Positions 9,680-19,568 of a stretch of DNA of 64,000 nt are shown one piece after another. The stretch lies in NCBI GenBank assembly GCA_046313635.1, contig JBKBYA010000002.1, positions 480,001-544,000 of the forward strand, written 5' to 3'. The translations under genes and the position numbers were made by a program. The notes under the pieces were generated by a model that was not told the DNA's origin, made no database searches, and worked only from the letters and a program-made list of their open reading frames with translations. Origin of the DNA: Pyrinomonadaceae bacterium. GTDB taxonomy: Bacteria; Acidobacteriota; Blastocatellia; Pyrinomonadales; Pyrinomonadaceae. Numbering within the stretch: position 1 is the first letter of the stretch; each line of letters starts with the position of its first letter.

Positions 9680-10768
9680 TTAGCCTTTTTGCGGCACGCT
9701 TCGGGCCAACACTTCGGAGCACGCCGCGAGGACGCGGTCGCTGGTTATAAGGTCGAGGCACTTATTACGGTTAAAGCAGGTCGGCGAATGACAGCCCTGG
9801 CACTCGACGGCCTCGCGAAACGTGACGTGACCCTCGCCAAAGGGCTCCCAGCGGCCGGCGCGGTCGATCGCGGCAAAGATCGCTACGCAGGGCGTGCCGA
9901 CCGCCGCCGCGAGATGCATCGTCCCCGTATCGTTGCCGAGGTAGAGCTCGCAGCGAGCGAGCAATGCCGCCGACTCGCGAACCGTGAGCTCGCCCGCCGC
10001 GTTGGCGCCGGTCGCCCATTTTGCGATCAGACGTTCGCCTTTGGCGCGATCTTCGGGCCCGCCGAGAACGACCGGATAGATGCCGTGTGACGCGATCAGG
10101 TCGCCGACGACCGCGGCAAAGCGCTCCTCGGGCCAGACCTTCGATCCCCACTTGCTGCCCGGCGCGACGCCGACCAGTCGGAACTCAGGCGAAATTTCGC
10201 GACGCCTCAGCCACGCATCCGCGGCTGAGTTCTCGGCGTCGGACAGCCGCAGGTCCGCGCACGGGCGTGCGTGGTCAAACTCGATCCCGGCCGACGCGAG
10301 CACGTCGAGCAAAAAGTCCGCTTCCCTTTCAAGCGGCAGGTGCGGGTCGCTGATCTCGCTGCCGATCGAGGCCTCCCGCACGTGCTCGGCACCGAGAACC
10401 GCGTGTATGCCTGCAAGTTTGAAAAATCGCCGGTCGCGTTCGATCTGCTCGGGCGTCCGGCTTCTCGTCATCAGATAGATCACGGCGTCGTAACGCCGCA
10501 TTCGCAGCCGAAGTGCGAGCCGCAGCAGACCGGCCGTCGAGACGAACGGCCCGGCGTTGGTCGGATAAGCCTCCCACCGATCGATCAAACCTTTTGGCGG
10601 AAGGACGCTTTGGGCGGAGATGTAGTTTGGATTGCGGACGTCAGAGTTTGAAAGCAGTGCGATTTCCGTATCAGGAAACGCCTGCCGCACGGCCCACAAC
10701 GCCGGAAGCGCGACGACAAAGTCGCCGAGGTGGCCCGTCCTGAAAATTAAAAGCTTCCTGAACTGCAA
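9680..10768 (-). CDS. Glycosyltransferase family 9 (heptosyltransferase-like)
   Basis: GHLGDFVVALP, APGSKW..KVWP, NDTGTMHLAAAVG. Confidence 0.85.
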   Translation of the reverse strand: MQFRKLLIFRTGHLGDFVVALPALWAVRQAFPDTEIALLSNSDVRNPNYISAQSVLPPKGLIDRWEAYPTNAGPFVSTAGLLRLALRLRMRRYDAVIYLMTRSRTPEQIERDRRFFKLAGIHAVLGAEHVREASIGSEISDPHLPLEREADFLLDVLASAGIEFDHARPCADLRLSDAENSAADAWLRRREISPEFRLVGVAPGSKWGSKVWPEERFAAVVGDLIASHGIYPVVLGGPEDRAKGERLIAKWATGANAAGELTVRESAALLARCELYLGNDTGTMHLAAAVGTPCVAIFAAIDRAGRWEPFGEGHVTFREAVECQGCHSPTCFNRNKCLDLITSDRVLAACSEVLARSVPQKG

Positions 10769-10773
10769 ACCGT

Positions 10774-11745
10774 TTACGCAAACTTGTGTTCTCTTATTGC
10801 CTGCTCCAGCGCGTCAAACGTGATGGTCGTCGTGCCGACCTGCTCGACGACGACGCCGGCGGCGATATTCGCCAATTGCGCCGCCGACCTGAGGTCCATA
10901 CCGGCGCCGACGGCCGCCGCGAGTGTCGCGATCACCGTGTCGCCGGCGCCGGTCACGTCGTAAACCTGACGCGCGAGAGCGTGGAAGTGTGCGGCCCCGG
11001 AGCCGCGTTCAAAGAGCGTCATTCCCTCTTCGCCCTGGGTTATCAGCAGTGCCGCGATCTCTAGATCGCTAAGGAGCCGCTCTCCGGCGAGATCGACCGT
11101 GCGGCTGCCATTCTCCTCCAGCTTGCAGGCTTCGGCGGCCTCTCGCTTATTTGGCGTCAGGAGCGTCGCGCCGGAATACTTGGAAAAATCCTTTCCCTTC
11201 GGATCGACCAGCACGGGCTTTTGCGCCGACCTCGATGCGGCGATGATGCCATCGAGCACGGTTCGCGTCAGCATTCCCTTTGCGTAATCCGATAGAACGA
11301 CGGCGCTGCAGGCGGCGATCTTGGGAATGAGCATCTCAAGCAGACGATCGGCCTCGGCATCGGACAGCTCGGCGTCAAACTCCTGATCGACACGCGTCAC
11401 CTGCTGGCTGTGCGCGATGACTCTCGTCTTCACCGTCGTCGGCCGCGAAGCGAGCTCGACGAGGTCCTGCGAGGCGACGCCGTTTCGCTCGAGTTCGGCC
11501 CGCAGCAGACCCGCGTCGGCATCCGCGCCGACAATACCGACCAGCACGGGCCGGGCGCCGAGTCCGGCGACATTCGCCGCCACATTTGCCGCGCCGCCGG
11601 CGGCGACGGTCGTTTTCTTCAGTCGAACGATCGGCACCGGCGCCTCGGGCGAGATGCGCGTTACGCTGCCCCACCAATAGCGGTCGAGCATCACGTCGCC
11701 GATGACGAGGACCGAAGTGTCTTTGAATTGTTCTTTGCGGATCAT
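10774..11745 (-). CDS. hldA: D-glycero-beta-D-manno-heptose-7-phosphate kinase (RfaE domain I)
   Basis: GDVMLDRYWWG.VTRISPEAPVP, SDYAKG, DVTGAGDT. Confidence 0.9.
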   Translation of the reverse strand: MIRKEQFKDTSVLVIGDVMLDRYWWGSVTRISPEAPVPIVRLKKTTVAAGGAANVAANVAGLGARPVLVGIVGADADAGLLRAELERNGVASQDLVELASRPTTVKTRVIAHSQQVTRVDQEFDAELSDAEADRLLEMLIPKIAACSAVVLSDYAKGMLTRTVLDGIIAASRSAQKPVLVDPKGKDFSKYSGATLLTPNKREAAEACKLEENGSRTVDLAGERLLSDLEIAALLITQGEEGMTLFERGSGAAHFHALARQVYDVTGAGDTVIATLAAAVGAGMDLRSAAQLANIAAGVVVEQVGTTTITFDALEQAIREHKFA

Positions 11746-12761
11746 CAGGCGTTAGGCGTCGCTTTTGCGATGTGATCGTCGAGCATCTCGCAGAAGATGT
11801 GCGCAACGGTGATATGGCCTTCTTGAATTCGGGCCGTTCTGCCCGACGGCACGAGGATCGCGGCGTCGGCAAGCGAAGCCAGCTTTTTGCCGCCCGCTCC
11901 GGTCATCGCGATAACACGGCAGCCACGGCTCCGGGCCTCCATCACGGCGGCGATGACGTTGGGCGAATTGCCGCTCGTGCTGATCGCGATCAGGCAGTCA
12001 CCTTCGGAAGCGAGGGCCGCGATCTGCCGGGCAAAGACGCGTTCGAAATCGTAATCGTTTGCAAGTGCGGTAAGCGCCGAAGTGTCAGTCGTTAAGGCGA
12101 TCGCGGGTAAGGCTTTGCGTTCGGTCTCGTAACGCCCGACAAACTCGGCGGCGATATGCTGCGCGTCTGCGGCGCTGCCGCCGTTGCCGCAGATCAGCAC
12201 CTTTCGGCCGCTCTCAAAGGTGGACTTCAATATCTCGACACAGCTTTCGATACTGCCGCCGTGCTCGGCCTTTAACGACGTGATCACCTCAAGGTGCTGT
12301 TCAAGTGATCTCTGAAGTATCGAGCCGCCGACTGTTTGAGTACTCGCTGAGTCGCGGCCGTCGCCGCGTATCGCCGCCGCGATGCGGCTCGACGAAAAAC
12401 CCGGCTTGAGGGGCAGCGAGTAGACCTGCCCGCCGCTGGCCCTGACGAGATCGGCGCCGACGATCTCGGTTTCCTTCCAGTCGCCGCCTTTGACGAGCAC
12501 GTCCGGCTTGAGCTCGCGGATCAGGTTCTCGGGCGTCAATTCGTCAAAGATCACGACCTCGTCAACCGGCTTGAGCGCGAGCAGCACAGCGCGACGCTCC
12601 TCCTGCGAAACGAACGGCCGGTCCGCGCCCTTGATCGCTCTGACCGAGCGGTCGCTGTTGATGCCGACCACGAGACGCGTGCCGAGCGCCTTTGCACGCT
12701 CGAGCAGATCGATGTGACCCGGATGGATCAGGTCAAAGCAGCCATTGGTAAAGACAAGCAT
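11745..12761 (-). CDS. Fusion of heptose-1-phosphate adenylyltransferase (RfaE II/HldC) and sedoheptulose-7-phosphate isomerase (GmhA)
   Basis: N-terminal FTNGCFDLIHPGH..KGGDW; C-terminal CGNGGSAADAQH, STSGNS, RIQEGH. Confidence 0.9.
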   Translation of the reverse strand: MLVFTNGCFDLIHPGHIDLLERAKALGTRLVVGINSDRSVRAIKGADRPFVSQEERRAVLLALKPVDEVVIFDELTPENLIRELKPDVLVKGGDWKETEIVGADLVRASGGQVYSLPLKPGFSSSRIAAAIRGDGRDSASTQTVGGSILQRSLEQHLEVITSLKAEHGGSIESCVEILKSTFESGRKVLICGNGGSAADAQHIAAEFVGRYETERKALPAIALTTDTSALTALANDYDFERVFARQIAALASEGDCLIAISTSGNSPNVIAAVMEARSRGCRVIAMTGAGGKKLASLADAAILVPSGRTARIQEGHITVAHIFCEMLDDHIAKATPNA

Positions 12762-12834
12762 TTCTTTTGGCGAGAAAGTGAGTACCCGAACAATTATAGA
12801 CAAACAAGGCGCGGCGGTCACACGATGGCCGCGT

Positions 12835-13623
12835 TCACAATTCGGCGTTGCGAAACAGGTGAACGTGATGATGCTCGTCCGACTTCCCTTCGCCGGCGAT
12901 CTCCTCAAATCCGCGGCGAGCCAGCTCGTCAAGCACGGCCCGCCGGTCGCGGCCGGGGCCGTGATGGATTTCGATGACGAGATGCCGGCAGCAGCCGAGC
13001 CTTTCGGCTGCGGCAAACATTTCAAACTCGGCGCCTTCGATATCGATCTTGCAGATATCGACCGTCTCGCCGCAAAAGACCTCGTCAAAGAGCGCGTCGA
13101 ACGTGATAGCCCGGATCGCAAACTCCGCCGCGCCGTCGTCGGTCTGCCGACCGTAGATGCTGTCGCCGGCGCCGCCGCGGCCGAGTGAGACATTCAACTC
13201 GCCCTCGCGGCCTGCGACCGCCGCGTTGAGCGCGACGAATCCGGAACGGAAGTTTCTCCTCAGATTGAACTCCAGCCGTCCGTATGTCTCCGGATTCAAT
13301 TCGACGCACGCGAGCTTGCGTACGTCGTGCCCGAGCGATCTGAGCAGCAGCGGAAAGCCGCCGTTATTCGAGCCGAGATCGATGACCGAAATTTCCGCGG
13401 GCAGAGCGATCTGCTCCAAAAGCTCTCGATACATCGGCGACGTCAGCACCTCACGAGCGCCATTCGCGTCGCCGGCCGAATGGTCCGAGATGAATTCGAC
13501 TTTGCCCAGTCGATACAGCTGGACGGTCTCGTGCGGAAACACCAGCCGCGAGAAAGCGAGGTAGAGCCTGTTGTCAAACTTCCAGATCTCTCGGAGGCCG
13601 TTGATTTTCGAACCGAAGCTCAT
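12835..13623 (-). CDS. FkbM family methyltransferase
   Basis: IDLGSNNG, VELNP, KIDIEGAE. Confidence 0.8.
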   Translation of the reverse strand: MSFGSKINGLREIWKFDNRLYLAFSRLVFPHETVQLYRLGKVEFISDHSAGDANGAREVLTSPMYRELLEQIALPAEISVIDLGSNNGGFPLLLRSLGHDVRKLACVELNPETYGRLEFNLRRNFRSGFVALNAAVAGREGELNVSLGRGGAGDSIYGRQTDDGAAEFAIRAITFDALFDEVFCGETVDICKIDIEGAEFEMFAAAERLGCCRHLVIEIHHGPGRDRRAVLDELARRGFEEIAGEGKSDEHHHVHLFRNAEL

Positions 13624-13644
13624 CGGGCGGTCGGGCAAAGGCTC

Positions 13645-15171
13645 TTACGCATCGGACTTGATGCGTGTCGCGAAGAGATTGACGATCAGCACACCGATAA
13701 CGGCGGTAAAGCCGAATTTCACCATATACGGGATGATCGTGCCGTAAAAGGCTTCGTAAGAGACCGACGTCAGGAGCATGAAGTAGAGCGTCGCCCGCCA
13801 TGTGACGTGCGCCTGCCCCTCGACCAGGGCCCGATAGACCACCCGGAGGATAAATCCGAGAAACATCATCCCCAGCGGCACGCCCCACGGTCCAAAGTTG
13901 CGCACGAGATCGCCGATGGGAGTGATCGCAAAACTGTTTTCGCCGAAATTGAAGTACAGCGCGCTGTAATTGCGAGGCTCGGATGCGACCGGCTTGTCGG
14001 GCCAGATCACCCGCGGGATAAAGAACGTCGTCGTGTCGCGCCAGATGTTGTTGTCGATGCCGTAGCTTGCCTCGTAAGGGGCGAGCTTTTCGTAATTCGA
14101 AACGACGACCGCGACGGTGCTGAGCACGTCTATGCGCTCGGCGAGATTTCGAATGCCGAACTCGAGCAGCTTCGTGTTGTCGCTGCGGCCAAGCTGGTCG
14201 ATGGTCGTAAAGACGTTTTCGGCGTAGCGGTCAAAGGACTGCGCGGCCTCGGTGCCTTTTACCTGGCGAAACGTGGTGCCGTAGATCATACCGGCGATGA
14301 TCATCGCAACGAGCAGCACGCCGGATATCGCCGCCTGTCTCGCCTTGAACTGCCGGCCCGCAAGAATGTATGCGAGAACGATCGTCGAAAAGATCTGGAT
14401 CAGACTGCCGCGATTGCCCGCGAGCAAGGCCTTGCTGACGGCCGTTCCAACGAGCAGCATGATGACCAGCCACGATGTGAAATTCCACCGATTCTGCCTG
14501 AAGAGCACGTACCAGAGCAGAAAGCTCGCCTCCAGCCAAAACAGCGTCGTCAGAAAGATCAGCCCGTCGTAGGTGCTGATCTCGTCCGCCCGCTGAAAGC
14601 CGAAGAGCCCGAGGGTCAGTGCGATGAACGAATTTGCAACGCCGAGACCGAGCAGGAGCAGGCCCGGCAGCAGATAGCTCGACGGAACGTGGGTCGCACT
14701 CGGCAAACGGCGGCTGATGACGGCCCCGAGCTTTTCGCCGACGGGCAAAAAATAGCCGGCCGACAGTCCTGCAAATCCTGCCATGATCAGGACGATCGTA
14801 AAGGGCAGGTCCACCGCCGGGTCCTGGATCAGAACAAGAAAATAAGGCTCGGACCAACCCGCGGCAAGCACAAAGCCGCCGATGACAAAGGCGGGCACGA
14901 AATAGGACCACGTCGCAAAGACGATCGGATTATCGAAGCTGAACTTGCCGCGGTAGTAAAGATATGCGGACGGTGAGACCAGGACGACCGCCAGCGCGGC
15001 GAGCCACGGCAGAATGAACGCGTACGGATACGAGCCGGCCAGATCGCTGTTGAGGAGCAGCAAAAACAGCGCGACGAGGAACGTCAGGCCCATCACCAGC
15101 GCTCCCGGCAGGAACGACCTGTCGGGGCTCAGATCGAGATTGACCCTTCGCTTTGCAAAATTGACTGCCAT
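13645..15171 (-). CDS. Polytopic membrane protein, probable Wzy-like polymerase
   Basis: Many TM segments, GNRG, FIPRVIWPDKP; located in a Wzx/Wzc/Wza locus. Confidence 0.65.
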   Translation of the reverse strand: MAVNFAKRRVNLDLSPDRSFLPGALVMGLTFLVALFLLLLNSDLAGSYPYAFILPWLAALAVVLVSPSAYLYYRGKFSFDNPIVFATWSYFVPAFVIGGFVLAAGWSEPYFLVLIQDPAVDLPFTIVLIMAGFAGLSAGYFLPVGEKLGAVISRRLPSATHVPSSYLLPGLLLLGLGVANSFIALTLGLFGFQRADEISTYDGLIFLTTLFWLEASFLLWYVLFRQNRWNFTSWLVIMLLVGTAVSKALLAGNRGSLIQIFSTIVLAYILAGRQFKARQAAISGVLLVAMIIAGMIYGTTFRQVKGTEAAQSFDRYAENVFTTIDQLGRSDNTKLLEFGIRNLAERIDVLSTVAVVVSNYEKLAPYEASYGIDNNIWRDTTTFFIPRVIWPDKPVASEPRNYSALYFNFGENSFAITPIGDLVRNFGPWGVPLGMMFLGFILRVVYRALVEGQAHVTWRATLYFMLLTSVSYEAFYGTIIPYMVKFGFTAVIGVLIVNLFATRIKSDA

Positions 15172-15204
15172 CGCTCAAGAAAAAACCAGCCCGCGCATAC
15201 GATC

Positions 15205-15864
15205 TCACTCCGCAAGGCGGCATACCGCGATCAGGCCGTCCGACCATTGCGGCGCGATCCTGACAAAGACGTCGTTGACCGCGTTCAGATACCAACGATT
15301 GTGAGGACGATGTTCGCTGCCAATATCATAGAACATAAATTCCTCGACCCGCAGCCCGTGTCTCTCGAGCAGAAGCTTCAGCGTCGAGTACGAGTAATAT
15401 GCGACGTGGTCCGGATGAACGAATTCGGCCGTGCCGCCCTTGCCTCTCAGGCCGTAGAGCAAAAAGCGCATTCCGCAGTAGGCGTTGATCGTCGTGATGA
15501 CGAGCCGCGTACTCTCTGACATGAATCGACGGATGCCTGTGAGAAACAAGCCCGGGTTATTGAGATGCTCGATCATCTCGCCGGCGACGATCACGTCAAA
15601 GGTCTCCGCGAGATCGACCTCGTCCAGCCTTTCCAGATCGGCGACGAAGAGATTATCGACGCCGTACGCGGCGAGCGCGTCGATCCCCGCCTGATCGTAG
15701 TCGAAGCCGTAGAGCTCGCTCGCCACTTTGCCGAGCTCGAAGTGCAGGAGCATGTCGTTCTCGACCGCCTCGCGAGTGTAAGGGTGATTGGTACACCCCA
15801 GATGCAGCACCTTTTTGCCGGTACAGATCTGCTTGATGAATTCGACTCGCTGGACGGTTTTCAT
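15205..15864 (-). CDS. Class I SAM-dependent methyltransferase
   Basis: KVLHLGC, FDVIVAGEMIEHL. Confidence 0.8.
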   Translation of the reverse strand: MKTVQRVEFIKQICTGKKVLHLGCTNHPYTREAVENDMLLHFELGKVASELYGFDYDQAGIDALAAYGVDNLFVADLERLDEVDLAETFDVIVAGEMIEHLNNPGLFLTGIRRFMSESTRLVITTINAYCGMRFLLYGLRGKGGTAEFVHPDHVAYYSYSTLKLLLERHGLRVEEFMFYDIGSEHRPHNRWYLNAVNDVFVRIAPQWSDGLIAVCRLAE

Positions 15865-15874
15865 TTGTGAGACC

Positions 15875-17407
15875 TCAACTACGCCGCGCGGCAAAAGCCC
15901 TCAGCAGCCTGCGGTCGTCGGCGTCGATATAGCCTGCGGCGGCGAGCACGGCGAGGTAAGCGACGCCGGCCGCCGCGCAGCTCGCGATCAGCGTCAGCCA
16001 GCTGGCCGGAAAAGAACGCATCGCGAGCCACAGCACCGCCGCCGCGACACCGCCGGCGAGGGCCAAACGCGCCGCCGCCGCCGCCCAAAAGCCGACAAAG
16101 ACCTTTCCCAAAAAACGATGCTCGACCCAGAATATCATCGGCACAAGCGCCGCGATGCCCGCAAGCCGCGCGGCGGCGATGCCGTCGATGCCCCACTCGA
16201 CCGGCATCAGAAAGATCATCGGCACCGTGATAATAAACCAGAGAAACATCATCACCGAGTTGATCTTTGCCTGCCGAAAGCTCTCGGTGATCTGCCAAAC
16301 GAGCGTGAACATCGCAAGCACCGCGAACGACAGCGAATGGAGTATCAGCACGTCGTGCGAGCGCCGAGCAAAGTCGGCGCCGAGCCACAGCGAGAGAAAC
16401 ATCTCGCCGCCGACAACCGCAGCCGCCGCCGCAAAGACGACGATCGCCGCGATCAGCCGGGTCGCCTTTTGATAGATCACGACCAGCCGATCGCGCTCGC
16501 TGAGCAGCTCGTTCACGACCGGAAACAGCGCGAGGACCAGGCTGCTGACAAACCCGTGCAGGTAGATGCCGAGCAGCATCGGGACGATGTAAAAGGTCAC
16601 CGCCTCGGTGCCGTACTCCCGCGTGATCCAGACCCGCTCGACGATGACTATCAGGTTGCCGAAGATCTGGTAGACGACGATGCTCGCGGCGTACTTTGAG
16701 ACGCCGCTCCAGCTCTCTCGCGAGATCCGCGTGACGATGCGAATGCCCGGCACGAGACGCTTTGCGCTGAGATAAAAGAGGAGCGACGCGATCGTCGCGG
16801 CAGCGAGATTCCAACCGACGAGCGCCGCCACGCCAAAGCCGGCGACGACGAACCCGAGCGTGCCAAGATTGAGCAGCACCGCATTAGCGTTGGTCAGCAC
16901 CAGATTGCGGTCAAATCGGTGAGCGCCCTGAATTGCATACTGAAAGACTTGCCCCGCCATCGTCACGCCGATCGCTCCGCATGCGAGATACAGCGCCGTG
17001 ACCGTCTCGGCCCGCATCGCCGCCGGGATCGCAAGCACATCGTCGACGATGCGGCCCGCAAATATCGCTACCAGCAGCGACCCGGCCACGGCGATCGCGA
17101 TGCTGATCCAGAACGCGGCCGAGACCGACTCTTTGATCTTATGAGGCTCGCCTGCGGCACGATATTCGGCGACGTACTTTGACGCGACGCGGCCGATGCC
17201 GAAGGCGAACGAGTAGTTGATGAATCCAACGATCAGGCCGTAAAGCCCGTAGATATCGTTGCCCATCCGGCGGACGATCACGGGCGTGACGACAAATGAG
17301 AGAGCGAGCGGGACGAGCCACGCCGACGCGCTGTAAAAGCCGTTTCGCAGCGTGCGCGAGCGTGTCGCCGACGCGCTATTTTCGGTCGTTGACAAAGCAG
17401 CTCTCAT
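15875..17407 (-). CDS. wzx: Oligosaccharide flippase; start uncertain
   Basis: Multi-TM MOP-type protein, TPVIVRRMG..YG, context. Confidence 0.8.
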   Translation of the reverse strand: MRAALSTTENSASATRSRTLRNGFYSASAWLVPLALSFVVTPVIVRRMGNDIYGLYGLIVGFINYSFAFGIGRVASKYVAEYRAAGEPHKIKESVSAAFWISIAIAVAGSLLVAIFAGRIVDDVLAIPAAMRAETVTALYLACGAIGVTMAGQVFQYAIQGAHRFDRNLVLTNANAVLLNLGTLGFVVAGFGVAALVGWNLAAATIASLLFYLSAKRLVPGIRIVTRISRESWSGVSKYAASIVVYQIFGNLIVIVERVWITREYGTEAVTFYIVPMLLGIYLHGFVSSLVLALFPVVNELLSERDRLVVIYQKATRLIAAIVVFAAAAAVVGGEMFLSLWLGADFARRSHDVLILHSLSFAVLAMFTLVWQITESFRQAKINSVMMFLWFIITVPMIFLMPVEWGIDGIAAARLAGIAALVPMIFWVEHRFLGKVFVGFWAAAAARLALAGGVAAAVLWLAMRSFPASWLTLIASCAAAGVAYLAVLAAAGYIDADDRRLLRAFAARRS

Positions 17408-18596
17408 ATTCGGCGATCGCGATCCGCGAGGCTTCGCGCTCGTCAAAATTCTTCATCACAAATTCGCGGCCCCGCGCGGCAAGCCGCGAACGCAGCTCCG
17501 CATCGTCGGCAAGCTCGAGTATCGACGCCGCGAGAGCGTCGCTGTCGCCGGCCTCGACCAGCAGGCCGGTCTCGCGATGCTTGACGGCCTCGGGGATCGC
17601 ATAAACATTGGTCGAGATCGTCGGGACGCCGAGGGCCATCGCTTCGAGTATCGCGATCGGCAGCCCCTCGACAAAGCTCGGCAGCGCAAAAATGTCGGCG
17701 ACGCGAAAAAAGCTCAGCACCTCCTCGCGCGTCGAGCCGATCGAGGCCGACAGAACCAGCCGAAACCTCTCGCCCAGATCGTAAGATTCGACACGGGCGC
17801 TGTCCGTCTCATTCGGCAGCTTTGGCGTGACCCAGACAAACTTGATATCGCCTCGGAGAGCCGCGACCTTTGCCGCCGCGTCGAGCAGCGTCCATCTTCC
17901 CTTGCGGTCGACAAACTGTCCGACGCAGAGGACGAGCACGTCGCCGTCGCCGACGCCGAGCGAGCGCCGCGTCGCGCTCCGATCGAACGGCCGCGCGAGG
18001 ACGGCGTCGATCTGCGGCGGGTTGACGCATGTGTACGTGACGGGGATCCGCTCCTGAAAGGCGTCCTCGACCCAGCCTTTGAGCTTGTTCTTTGTATCGT
18101 GATTCGACGCGAAGATGTGAAATCCCGGCAGCCGCGAGACGATCTGGAGGCGTGCCTTCCAGATCGCCTCTCGCCACGCCGAGCTCTTCGGCAAAAAATT
18201 GTGCATCGTCACAAAGACGTTCGCTCGGCGCATCGAGAGCAGCGAGAGAAAGATCCAGTCCTGCCAGGGCGGCGACTCGATGTGCAGGATGCTCTCTCGC
18301 AGGTCAAATCGTCGCAGATAGCGATAGGTCACGATCTGCGCGCGTATGCGGCGCCACTGCCGCTCGAGCTTGCGGCGAAGGGTCGGTGCGGGAGCGGAGT
18401 CGGTCTGCGCGTCGACGAACTCGTACGGCACGCCGATCTCGTCGAGATAGGCGAGGATGTCGGGATAGGAATTTCGCGGCAGCACGACACGCACGTCCCA
18501 ATCCTGCCGCGCGAGCTTCATGATCGCCAGGAAGTAGATCTGGGCGCCGCCCCATTCGAGGTAGTTCCAGCAAAAGATGAGCTTTCGTTTCGACAT
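17376..18596 (-). CDS. Glycosyltransferase family 4
   Basis: WGGAQ, EGLPIAILEAMALG. Confidence 0.85.
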   Translation of the reverse strand: MSKRKLIFCWNYLEWGGAQIYFLAIMKLARQDWDVRVVLPRNSYPDILAYLDEIGVPYEFVDAQTDSAPAPTLRRKLERQWRRIRAQIVTYRYLRRFDLRESILHIESPPWQDWIFLSLLSMRRANVFVTMHNFLPKSSAWREAIWKARLQIVSRLPGFHIFASNHDTKNKLKGWVEDAFQERIPVTYTCVNPPQIDAVLARPFDRSATRRSLGVGDGDVLVLCVGQFVDRKGRWTLLDAAAKVAALRGDIKFVWVTPKLPNETDSARVESYDLGERFRLVLSASIGSTREEVLSFFRVADIFALPSFVEGLPIAILEAMALGVPTISTNVYAIPEAVKHRETGLLVEAGDSDALAASILELADDAELRSRLAARGREFVMKNFDEREASRIAIAEYESCFVNDRK

Positions 18597-18603
18597 CGCG
18601 CCG

Positions 18604-19539
18604 TTATCGATCAAGCCAATTGCGCACGCCCGCGAGCCGCTCGCGGCGGCGATGCGGAACGCACAAGACATTCGCGCCTTGGTCGTCCGCGGCAAAACCG
18701 TCGATCTCGTCAAGCTTCTTTCTAACCTCGTCGATCACGTAAAACGAGTAGCCGGCCCGGTCGCGAATAAAACGGATCAGATCGTCGGGCGTGCAGCCGA
18801 ACTTGCGCGACGTGTTCAGCGCCATCTCCATCACGACGATCGGCGGGTCTGCCTGCGCAAAGAGAGCCTCGGCACCGCGGAGCATAAGCAGCTCGGCCCC
18901 TTCGACGTCGACCTTGACGAAGTCGACGGCTCCGACCGCGCTTTCTTCTAAATAACGATCGAGCGTCGTCGTCCGGCAGCTTACGGCGGTCGTGTCCGAT
19001 CGTCCGCCCGACGACATCGAAGCGTGCCCGGTCGGCTCGCCCGCGAAAAGATGAAACGTCACCTCACCCTCGGCGTCGGAGAGCGCGAGCCGATTGATAC
19101 GCACATTTGCCGGAGAGCCGGCGAGAGCGACGTTGAATTCCAGCTCGTCAAATGTCGCGGGTATCGGTTCGAACGCATGCACCGAGCCTTTGTCTCCGAC
19201 GAGTCGCAGCAGCAGCGTCGTGTACCAGCCAAAATTCGCCCCCGCGTCGATGCAGACGTCGCCTGGCCTGACGAGCGACCTTACGAGCGCCGTGATCGCC
19301 GGCTCGTACTCGCCAAAGAAATAAACAAGGTCGTGCATGCCCGTCCGCAGGTCGGCGCGGATGCGGCGGCCGTCGCGGACCGCCACGACCTCGGGCGGCG
19401 GCAGCTCGCCGCAGACGCGAAGGGCGTAGGTCATCAATCGATACTTGCCCTTATCGACCGGCGCACGCCGCGTGTAGGCCCGCACGAGACGGAGCACGAA
19501 TGCGGTCGCCGGTCCGGATTTGGTCAGAACTGTCGTCAT
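18604..19539 (-). CDS. FkbM family methyltransferase
   Basis: DAGANFGWYT, FEP, KVDVEGAE. Confidence 0.85.
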   Translation of the reverse strand: MTTVLTKSGPATAFVLRLVRAYTRRAPVDKGKYRLMTYALRVCGELPPPEVVAVRDGRRIRADLRTGMHDLVYFFGEYEPAITALVRSLVRPGDVCIDAGANFGWYTTLLLRLVGDKGSVHAFEPIPATFDELEFNVALAGSPANVRINRLALSDAEGEVTFHLFAGEPTGHASMSSGGRSDTTAVSCRTTTLDRYLEESAVGAVDFVKVDVEGAELLMLRGAEALFAQADPPIVVMEMALNTSRKFGCTPDDLIRFIRDRAGYSFYVIDEVRKKLDEIDGFAADDQGANVLCVPHRRRERLAGVRNWLDR

Positions 19540-19568
19540 GCGCGTGATCGCAAAAAAAGCCGTGAGCG

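Noticed and set aside
13327..14976. Long plus-strand ORFs opposite real genes (also 4031-5356, 17352-18725, 20684-21892, 54147-55802, 60137-61723)
   Set aside because: Antisense shadows typical of high-GC codon bias, with no recognisable motifs.
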